Positions 56,771-64,000 of a stretch of DNA of 64,000 nt are shown here, in pieces. The notes beneath the pieces are model-generated. The model saw only the letters and a program-made list of their open reading frames with translations. It did no database searches and was not told the origin of the DNA. Every line of letters starts with the position of its first letter. Within the stretch, counting starts at the first letter, position 1. Position numbers and translations under genes: made by a program. Source of the stretch: a virus. Taxonomy: Duplodnaviria; Caudoviricetes. Where the stretch lies: IMG/VR virus record IMGVR_UViG_3300033498_000048, positions 241,783 to 305,782 of that record. One strand, given 5' to 3'.

Positions 56771-57311
56771 AATATACCCTCAATTCGTTCCACATTTCAT
56801 TGATTAATTTAATGTCAATTCCAATTGGCATACAATCACAAAATTTATCAAACTTATTTTGTTTTACATAACTCCTAGCTAATGTTGCTGATATTGACTC
56901 TATTCCAATTGTATCGTTTCTATAACCACAATTTACAACCTGTATATCTTCATATTGATATTCAATCCCATTATACTTATTAATCAATTCTTTCAATTGA
57001 ATTAATCTATCTCCTCCAACAACCAAAATCACACTTGAATATTCTGTATTTAATAATTTTAATATGGTTATAATTGTTGGACATTCAATAGATGTTTGCT
57101 TAAAGCCAATGTGATTAAACATATTAGTTAAATAATACAACTTTCTTAATATCGGTAGTGGATTATTCACATTTATAGTATGTGATACCCAAGCTTGATA
57201 TTGAATATTTTGTTTAATTGAAATTGCTATAGCTGAATTGAATAACAATTGATGTCCAATTGTTGGAGGATTATACCTTCCATAAGTAATAACTATTTCA
57301 CTCTGATTCAT
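56760..57311 (-). CDS. HxGH-family cytidylyl/nucleotidyltransferase
   Basis: ITYGRYNPPTIGHQLL, NPL, VVGGDR, SATLAR. Confidence 0.85.
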   Translation of the reverse strand: MNQSEIVITYGRYNPPTIGHQLLFNSAIAISIKQNIQYQAWVSHTINVNNPLPILRKLYYLTNMFNHIGFKQTSIECPTIITILKLLNTEYSSVILVVGGDRLIQLKELINKYNGIEYQYEDIQVVNCGYRNDTIGIESISATLARSYVKQNKFDKFCDCMPIGIDIKLINEMWNELRVYYER

Positions 57312-57579
57312 ATCGTTTTAAAAAAGCATTAATATCATTAATAGCAGTTTTGAATTGATTGTCAGTCACTATCCCTCCAAATGTGAATAATCCACTTTCA
57401 CGAAGGCATGAGAACAATATGTGGAAATTTAATAAGTAATTGCCACTGAATAAGAATATCATATCCTTGTTTGTTGAATCTATTATACCATATAATATTT
57501 TTTCATATTCAATCCTATCTTGTTTGGATATTGTATAGAAGTGTTGTTTTAATTTTAAAAGTGCTTGATTGAGTTCCAT
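57298..57579 (-). CDS. Hypothetical protein
   Basis: 93 aa. Confidence 0.5.
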   Translation of the reverse strand: MELNQALLKLKQHFYTISKQDRIEYEKILYGIIDSTNKDMIFLFSGNYLLNFHILFSCLRESGLFTFGGIVTDNQFKTAINDINAFLKRYESE

Positions 57580-57597
57580 AATGTGTCTCCAAACGTT

Positions 57598-58266
57598 TTA
57601 ATATTGAAATTCAGTAATATTGTTTGATGAAATTACCATACTAATTAAATCATCATCTTCAATGAATGTTGGATATAAGGTTAGTTGTCCAGATTCAAAC
57701 ATTGAATTTGATATTGTTCGCAATCGTTCTAATTTAATTGTAATATTAGTCCTATCAATTGTGGTTAAGTTTGCAATATCACTTAAGTTTGGTAATCTAT
57801 TTTCTATCAAGCATTCAGCAATGTACAATCCTCTAATACAATGCCTTTGTTTACTTGGATTCTTATCATAATATCTAAGGTCTCGTTTTACTAAACCCAA
57901 GTACCCTTTGATGTTTTTATAGGTTCTACACAAAAACATTGCATTATCGAACTTTCCACTTAACAACACAACATCTGATAATATGTGTCCATCACCAGAT
58001 AATAGGTTAGAATAAAATTGCCTTTCTGTCATCCAAATATATTGATGATTTGAATCGGTATCATCAAATTGCCATGTGTGTATATTTGGACAATACACTC
58101 CAATAGTTTTACATCGTTCAATTATAATGTCGTGTTTTAGAACACGAATTATGTCAATGTCGGACTCGTTAGTTGCTAATCCATGTAATTGTGAACCAAA
58201 TAAGTATTCATCAAACTCTAATAAGCATAAAGCTGTATGTTGTTTTCTAGTAATTTTAATATTCAT
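57598..58266 (-). CDS. Pol-beta-like nucleotidyltransferase (RlaP/NrdC.11-like)
   Basis: LFGSQLHGLATNESDIDII; C-term HCIRGLY.A..L. Confidence 0.8.
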   Translation of the reverse strand: MNIKITRKQHTALCLLEFDEYLFGSQLHGLATNESDIDIIRVLKHDIIIERCKTIGVYCPNIHTWQFDDTDSNHQYIWMTERQFYSNLLSGDGHILSDVVLLSGKFDNAMFLCRTYKNIKGYLGLVKRDLRYYDKNPSKQRHCIRGLYIAECLIENRLPNLSDIANLTTIDRTNITIKLERLRTISNSMFESGQLTLYPTFIEDDDLISMVISSNNITEFQY

Positions 58267-58544
58267 TTTTTGATTAGATTAAACTTACCTAATGTTTTGT
58301 AATTGGTAATCATTGGTGCTGTTATTAAATCTAAATATTGTTCACTTAACAATCTGTGTATTAAAGCATAGTAAATTTCCAACTCAAATGAGGATAACTC
58401 TGGATTAAGTTTATCATCCACTTTAGCATCATTATAATATGAACGTTGAAATGAATTGAATGAACCATTTGCATTTCTAAAAATTGTGATTAAATAATCG
58501 ACCATCGAAAACACTGTTTGTCCAACATACAACATAATTTCCAC
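58263..58544 (-). CDS. Hypothetical protein
   Basis: 93 aa. Confidence 0.45.
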   Translation of the reverse strand: MEIMLYVGQTVFSMVDYLITIFRNANGSFNSFQRSYYNDAKVDDKLNPELSSFELEIYYALIHRLLSEQYLDLITAPMITNYKTLGKFNLIKK

Positions 58545-58616
58545 CCACTGTAATTTAATATTTTTGTATTATAGTTACTCAAATTTGTAATGTCAAGTAG
58601 TAAATACAATATACAA

Positions 58617-58624
58617 TATAAATA
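58617..58624 (+). promoter_or_regulatory. T4 late promoter TATAAATA heading the structural operon
   Basis: Exact match 30 bp upstream of 58655. Confidence 0.75.
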
Positions 58625-58654
58625 CTTTATTTAACAAATTATTAAGGTTATATT

Positions 58655-59680
58655 ATGCCAGAACCAACATTAATCCACCATGACTATACGATAATTGAAT
58701 CTGTACCTGAAAGTCCAATGGTATTAATTCAATTAGGTGTTGGTCAACAGGGTCCACCTGGAAAAGATGGAACGAATGGCACAAACGGAACAGATGGAAT
58801 CAATGGAACTAACGGTACAAATGGAACAGACGGGAAAGATGGAATTAATGGTACGGATAGCATATTCACAGATACGAAGCCAGTTAGTATTTCAGTTGGT
58901 GGCATACAAACTGGAACGGTAATTGCAAATAAAAACGCACTTGAAATATTTGAAATGATGTTGTTTCCAGAATTGTTTGGTTCGATTGTTAATCCAACGT
59001 TAATATTTACTTTTAATGTTCCAATACTCCAAGAAGTTGGAACAATATTAAATTCTATTAGTTTTGTTAGTGTGTTTAATCGTGGTTCAATTACCCCACA
59101 ATATGGAAGTGAAAGTCAATATAGGTCTGGACTCCCAATCTCATTTGAATATCAAGGTTCTGGATTACAAACAATAAACACCACTGAATTAACTATAACA
59201 CAAAGCTTACCGAGTTATGTTGTCCAAATAGATAAACAAGGCTGGACAGCAAAAGTTAATTATTCAGGTGGAATACAACCAAAAGGTAGCAATGGAACAA
59301 ATTACAATACACCGTTACCTAGTGGAAACATATTAAGTAGTGAATTGGTTATATATGGGGTATATCCTGTTTTTGCTTCCGTGATTAATATTAACTCAGC
59401 AACAAAGCTTTCATTGAGTAGACACGGAAGCATTATATACACCGATATGCAAGCTGAGACTATTAGTGCTAAACAACATATACAAGTTCCAGTATTGTAT
59501 GGAACAGTTACTTCATTATCGCAATATAATACGTTATCAGGAAAGTACGATATTATTGATTTAAATACATTTAGTCTTAACACAATTACAAAAACAATAA
59601 ATAATATTTTAGTTGATTACAATCAATATACACATAATGGTCCAACAATCTCTATTAGAACTTTAAAATGGAGCTTTTAA
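58655..59680 (+). CDS. Virion structural protein with collagen-like G-X-Y stretch
   Basis: GQQGPPGKDGTNGTNGTDGINGTNGTNGTDGKDGINGTD. Confidence 0.75.
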   Translation: MPEPTLIHHDYTIIESVPESPMVLIQLGVGQQGPPGKDGTNGTNGTDGINGTNGTNGTDGKDGINGTDSIFTDTKPVSISVGGIQTGTVIANKNALEIFEMMLFPELFGSIVNPTLIFTFNVPILQEVGTILNSISFVSVFNRGSITPQYGSESQYRSGLPISFEYQGSGLQTINTTELTITQSLPSYVVQIDKQGWTAKVNYSGGIQPKGSNGTNYNTPLPSGNILSSELVIYGVYPVFASVININSATKLSLSRHGSIIYTDMQAETISAKQHIQVPVLYGTVTSLSQYNTLSGKYDIIDLNTFSLNTITKTINNILVDYNQYTHNGPTISIRTLKWSF

Positions 59681-59685
59681 TTTAA

Positions 59686-60228
59686 ATGAGAAGTCGTGGA
59701 TTATTAAATGTATCAGCAAATTTTGAACCTGGAATAGCAGATTCGTTAGATGCTAGGTTGCGAGTTAATACAATATCTGATTTGATACATCCAGATACTT
59801 ATGGCATTTTATGTTATGTTGGTATGATTGTTTCTGTGAATGCAGATACAATTGATAATAATGGAATATACAGATTAACAACACTTCCATATACCGATAT
59901 ATCAAATTGGGAAAAGTATGGTGGAATACAATCATATCAAAGAATACAATCAAAACAAATTCCAATTACAGAAACAGTTTTGATTGATGATTCTGAGGTA
60001 AATGCAATTGATGCTATGTGGAATGTAACAATTACATCTTCACTGTCCCAATTGAGAATGACTATTGCAATATCCAATAATGAATATTCAATATATTCAG
60101 TTTTAGGTGATTGGAAGTTACAATGTACAATCTATGCAGATATTGTAAATGATAAAATATCATTATTCGCAACAAATAATACAAATGATGTGTTGACTGT
60201 TTCAGCTTTACTTATTAGTTCTTTTTAA
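59686..60228 (+). CDS. Virion structural protein
   Basis: SANFE...LDARL.V...DL...YVGMIVSV...NNGIY.L..LPYT...W motif of phage fibre/baseplate proteins. Confidence 0.65.
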   Translation: MRSRGLLNVSANFEPGIADSLDARLRVNTISDLIHPDTYGILCYVGMIVSVNADTIDNNGIYRLTTLPYTDISNWEKYGGIQSYQRIQSKQIPITETVLIDDSEVNAIDAMWNVTITSSLSQLRMTIAISNNEYSIYSVLGDWKLQCTIYADIVNDKISLFATNNTNDVLTVSALLISSF

Positions 60229-60240
60229 TTCGAGGGTAAC

Positions 60241-61287
60241 ATGGCTATAGTGCAAAAAATGTTTGGTGTACAAAAAGGTGTAATGATTGATGGGACAATT
60301 GCACTAACCACAACAATTGGAATTCCATCTGGTAATGATTATAATATATTAGGTATCGGTTCATACGCATTTGATAGTTCCAATGGATTATCATACCAAA
60401 AAATAACAGACACTAATAGTAGTGCAGATTGGGTTACAATTGCAACAACAGCAGATATTACAAATGCTATGGCTTCAATTGTCCACGTTTCACCTTGGTT
60501 AGAAAATGCACTGGTTTATGATTCAACATATACAACTTTACCAACTACAACTCCTGGAGATATTATCACCTTAACAACAGGTGAAGATGTAGTTAATGAT
60601 TCGCGTGTAATATTTTCAGCATTAACAACTGATAAAGGTGTTTATAAATATGACCAATTAAATGGTGTATTCATTCCAGTTAATATTGGTTCAAGTTCAA
60701 ATGGATATAGAATTTTAGTTCCATTAACGTGGTCATCTGGAACATCAACTTTTGTATCTGGTAATCCTAAAACATATTTGAATCTTGGAAATAATACTTG
60801 GGTCTTAGATGATGATGTTGTTAGAACTGTCTTATCATCTTTAACTTCAACTAATTATATTTCAACTACTGATACTACTCAAGAAGCATTTTCCAAATTA
60901 GATTTAACACTAGCGGGAATTGCAGCTAAAACTGTATTAAACTCTGTTGATACCGTTACAACTATTACCAATTGTGCTTCATTCTTAACATCACAATATA
61001 AACGAGTAACGTTAATAGTCGAAGCTATATTAGCCTCAGACCCTACAAAATTTGATACGTTTTATGTCGATGTTACTCACGATGGAATTAATACTGGTGG
61101 AGCAGTTAATATTAATGAAAGTGGTCGATATAATGACCAATTAGGTTTTTCTACTGAATCCCTTACTGGAATCACTTATTCATTCACTTTAACTGGAACT
61201 GGTCTATCACAATCAGTTAATTTTAATGTTTCAGCTACAGTTCCAGTTAATGTTAGAGTAATTAAAACCAATTTATTAACACACTAA
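60241..61287 (+). CDS. Virion structural protein
   Basis: Thr/Ser-rich 348 aa in late operon. Confidence 0.65.
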   Translation: MAIVQKMFGVQKGVMIDGTIALTTTIGIPSGNDYNILGIGSYAFDSSNGLSYQKITDTNSSADWVTIATTADITNAMASIVHVSPWLENALVYDSTYTTLPTTTPGDIITLTTGEDVVNDSRVIFSALTTDKGVYKYDQLNGVFIPVNIGSSSNGYRILVPLTWSSGTSTFVSGNPKTYLNLGNNTWVLDDDVVRTVLSSLTSTNYISTTDTTQEAFSKLDLTLAGIAAKTVLNSVDTVTTITNCASFLTSQYKRVTLIVEAILASDPTKFDTFYVDVTHDGINTGGAVNINESGRYNDQLGFSTESLTGITYSFTLTGTGLSQSVNFNVSATVPVNVRVIKTNLLTH

Positions 61288-61293
61288 TATATC

Positions 61294-61794
61294 ATGGCTG
61301 TTAATACTAAACGATTTATTAACTCACTCGTATATCGTGGAACTTTTAATTCATTAAATCAAATTAATGCAATTACTAATCCAATTGCTGGAGATACTGC
61401 CGACCTTGATGTTGGTAATAATTATCCATCTATTAGATATACATACGATACCCAAGATGGATGGCATCAACAATCAACATCAATAATCAACTTTGCACTT
61501 AATCCTGCTCCAATCGTAGGCAGTGTTCCATCAATTGTCGGAACACTTCTACTCCAACCTGGAGTCTATTTACCCAAAGCAGATTTTGGTTGTGGTGTCC
61601 CAACCGATGTTCCAACACTAGAAATTAGAACTAACGATGGGACAATATTAACATCATTAGGTGGTGTTCCTAGTGGGTTATCGTGGAAAACTGCTAGTCA
61701 ATCGTTTACTTTAAATGTAGACACTAACATTTTTTTAGTTTTATATGCTGATAAACCTACTGCTATTAGCTTTATCAGAGGCTTTAAAACCTAA
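61294..61794 (+). CDS. Virion structural protein
   Basis: YRGTFNSL...NPIAGDTADLD...YTYD...W. Confidence 0.6.
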   Translation: MAVNTKRFINSLVYRGTFNSLNQINAITNPIAGDTADLDVGNNYPSIRYTYDTQDGWHQQSTSIINFALNPAPIVGSVPSIVGTLLLQPGVYLPKADFGCGVPTDVPTLEIRTNDGTILTSLGGVPSGLSWKTASQSFTLNVDTNIFLVLYADKPTAISFIRGFKT

Positions 61795-61811
61795 TATTAG
61801 GGGAATTTAAT

Positions 61812-63563
61812 ATGTATGCTGAATATGCTTACAAATCAAACGCAAATCTTAATGACATCTATGAAGATATTAAGAAAATATTAACAGGAACTACAGATAA
61901 ATTAACATTGTCTCCAAGTTGTGATGGTGTTAAAACCACAATCAACACTGCCTATAATGTCGCTGGGTGGACTTTTATGTCCTCTCCAAAATCATTCGAT
62001 GAAGTTTCAAATCAATCAACAATCGGTTATCCATCAACATCTTATGGATTATTCTATAGTCCAACCCTTAATATGTTTTTATCAAACTATTCTAGTTCAA
62101 CATATAGGTCAACCGATTCAATTACATGGACAGCGTGTAATACATTGTCTAGTGTGCCATATAACGCATATGCCGATAATGGAGTTGTGTGTTTTGCCAC
62201 TTACCAATCTTCAAATGCTGGATGGTGGTCATCTGATGGAATCACATGGACAGCTCCAACATCACAACCAACTGGGTCACAGTGGTATTGTATTGCAGCC
62301 GTTCAAAATGGGCTGTTTGTAATCGCGGGTAATTCTTGGACGTGTGCTACGAGTGTCAACAACGGTGTTACTTGGGTAAACAAGCCATTGTCTAGTTATA
62401 CTGGTGCTACAGGTGTGGCATACTCAATCGCGTGTGGTAACGGCAAAATAATGGTAGTTGGCTCAACAAGTATATCTGCTATCTCAGCAGACAATGGTGC
62501 AACTTGGACAACAAAATCTGTTCCAACAACATTTCACCAAGTTGTATATGGAAATGGAATGTTCCTTGCTATGTCTAGCAGTTCAACAACAGCCTGTATA
62601 TATGAGGATTCAGCAAATGCTTGGACAACTATATCACTTCCATTCACATACCAATCTGGAACCAAATTAATATTTGATAGTACCAATAGCATTTTTATTG
62701 CTACAATTAATACCACAATACTAGCATTCTCAGCAGATGGTAGAACATGGTTGACAAAAGCATTTACAAGCACTTTTGAAAATGGGTCAATGACAACTAA
62801 GTTAGGTGTGTTATATTGTCTATATGGTGGTGGAAATAGAATTACCAAGTATCTGTGTAATTATATGAGTGGAGCATTTAGGTCTTCAAACTTATTAACT
62901 AACACATACAAATATATGCACATTGACCTTGGAAATGGAGCTGGAACTAGAGTCATAATGAGGGGATTTGAAACATTGGAAAATGGTTCGTGGACAAATA
63001 TGATGTATAGTTCAGATAACCTTTCACTAAACCAACAGATTGATTTAACATATGGAGGAATGATTTACATTAGTGCATCTAATCGACATTGTGCTATGTA
63101 TTCGTACAAGCCTAATTCAACAACGTGGGGTAGTTCTAATGGTCAAGGCTGGACAGCAATATACGAATATACTCGTGATGATTTATGGAATGATGAATCA
63201 TATCCAACACATTTATGGGTAAATGGTACTTTCCATGCAAATGCAATATATGTTAGTAGACTTAAAACTGGTATCGGAGTAGATTCAATTTCAAGTAATG
63301 CTTCATTAACGCTAGTATCTGATTATGCGATTACAAAACCGTTATTAGATAGTTCTGGAACAGGTTTAGCACAATCTATGCGTGAAATGAGGGTATATTC
63401 AAATAGTTATACAACGTATTTAGTTAATGGTGGAAAGGTTCTAGGTGATGTTTGGGAAACAACAAATGGTTATGGTGTAAATCTACAAGAAGCTATAGTT
63501 GGATTAAAAACATATGTTGTATGGGCTAATAGCTCATATAGATACTTATACCCAAAAGGTTAA
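61812..63563 (+). CDS. Tail fibre/receptor-binding protein with BNR/Asp-box-like propeller repeats
   Basis: Repeats STDSITWT, SSDGITWT, SVNNGVTWV, SADNGATWT, SADGRTW. Confidence 0.8.
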   Translation: MYAEYAYKSNANLNDIYEDIKKILTGTTDKLTLSPSCDGVKTTINTAYNVAGWTFMSSPKSFDEVSNQSTIGYPSTSYGLFYSPTLNMFLSNYSSSTYRSTDSITWTACNTLSSVPYNAYADNGVVCFATYQSSNAGWWSSDGITWTAPTSQPTGSQWYCIAAVQNGLFVIAGNSWTCATSVNNGVTWVNKPLSSYTGATGVAYSIACGNGKIMVVGSTSISAISADNGATWTTKSVPTTFHQVVYGNGMFLAMSSSSTTACIYEDSANAWTTISLPFTYQSGTKLIFDSTNSIFIATINTTILAFSADGRTWLTKAFTSTFENGSMTTKLGVLYCLYGGGNRITKYLCNYMSGAFRSSNLLTNTYKYMHIDLGNGAGTRVIMRGFETLENGSWTNMMYSSDNLSLNQQIDLTYGGMIYISASNRHCAMYSYKPNSTTWGSSNGQGWTAIYEYTRDDLWNDESYPTHLWVNGTFHANAIYVSRLKTGIGVDSISSNASLTLVSDYAITKPLLDSSGTGLAQSMREMRVYSNSYTTYLVNGGKVLGDVWETTNGYGVNLQEAIVGLKTYVVWANSSYRYLYPKG

Positions 63564-63569
63564 AATGTC

Positions 63570-64000
63570 ATGTTTGTTCCTATTGTCCATAGATTGGTAT
63601 CATCATTTGAGAATGATGTATTCAAAGCTATTGTTAATAGGAACGTATCATCATTTGAGTTGAGTCCAGTTGAATATGGAATTATTAATGAAAGGATAGT
63701 ATCACACACAAATGTCGAGCTAAGTAATAGATTTAATCAAACTAACACTAGATTGGTATCATCATTTGAGAATGATGTATTCAAAGCTATTGTTAATAGG
63801 AACGTATCATCATTTGAGTTGAGTCCAGTTGAATATGGAATTATTAATGAAAGGATAGTATCACACACAAATGTCGAGCTAAGTAATAGATTTAATCAAA
63901 CTAACACTAGATTGGTATCATCATTTGAGAATGATGTATTCAAAGCTATTGTTAATAGGAACGTATCATCATTTGAGTTGAGTCCAGTTGAATATGGAAT
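63570..64000 (+). CDS. Repeat-containing protein (open to window end)
   Basis: ATG 63570; MFVPIVH then 53-aa repeat RLVSSFENDVFKAIVNRNVSSFELSPVEYGIINERIVSHTNVELSNRFNQTNT with no stop. Confidence 0.6.
   Translation, partial: MFVPIVHRLVSSFENDVFKAIVNRNVSSFELSPVEYGIINERIVSHTNVELSNRFNQTNTRLVSSFENDVFKAIVNRNVSSFELSPVEYGIINERIVSHTNVELSNRFNQTNTRLVSSFENDVFKAIVNRNVSSFELSPVEYG
63590..64000 (+). repeat. Perfect 159-bp tandem repeat (at least 2.6 copies)
   Basis: Unit starts tagattggtatcatc at 63590, 63749 and 63908; identical by eye. Confidence 0.95.

Noticed and set aside
58763-58860. 9-bp periodic repeat
   Set aside because: Explained by the collagen-like G-X-Y coding sequence.
232-63000. Antisense/shadow ORFs in the track (e.g. 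232-447, 1217-1501, 2930-3139, 5230-5499, 17632-18078, 21898-22476, 24460-24861, 31063-31404, 50351-50743, 62534-62848)
   Set aside because: They overlap well-supported genes on the opposite strand or frame, have Ser/Leu/Phe-rich shadow composition and lack an RBS.
1-64000. tRNA genes, introns, inteins, reverse transcriptase
   Set aside because: No T-arm/cloverleaf pattern, RT YxDD context or oversized core gene with an insertion was recognised by eye; tRNAscan-SE and HMM searches would be needed to exclude them formally.

Overview
AT-rich (roughly 30% GC by eye, not computed) segment of a large T4-like myovirus genome, standard genetic code. T4-type core genes (gp25, gp16 small terminase, gp26-gp51-gp29-like hub/tape measure, gp61 primase, RNase H, gp30 ligase, gp2, gp4, gp48-gp53-gp27-like-gp54) are scattered among long accessory tracts. 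Expression signals are T4 late boxes (TATAAATA/CATAAATA) and consensus sigma70-type early promoters. Host-like or counter-defence cargo includes a methionyl-tRNA synthetase, an SspB ClpXP adaptor with an intact C-terminal tail, an HslV/proteasome-like Ntn peptidase coupled to a BCS1-like AAA ATPase, two RNA ligases, three nucleotidyltransferases, two adenine methyltransferases, a macrodomain and an N-formylglutamate amidohydrolase-like enzyme. Two patterns are not explained by the gene calls. (1) A family of about 64-bp palindromic units (arm TCAAY-NNN-TTAGCACTTG, AT-rich core of about 28-30 bp, mirror arm) forms arrays at nine intergenic loci: 21 two-armed units and about 9 half-sites. The cores occur in both orientations between otherwise near-identical flanks, and some arrays bracket single accessory genes. 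(2) About ten unrelated small proteins (InPase, GNAT, ART-like, kinase, ferritin-like, zincin remnant and others) begin with a T4 internal-protein capsid-targeting-like leader, suggesting a large arsenal of virion-packaged, injected effectors. Several accessory genes are broken by homopolymer indels (decay or sequencing error). No tRNA, rRNA, CRISPR array, cas, integrase, transposase or reverse transcriptase was recognised. All calls come from motif recognition by eye; no searches were run.
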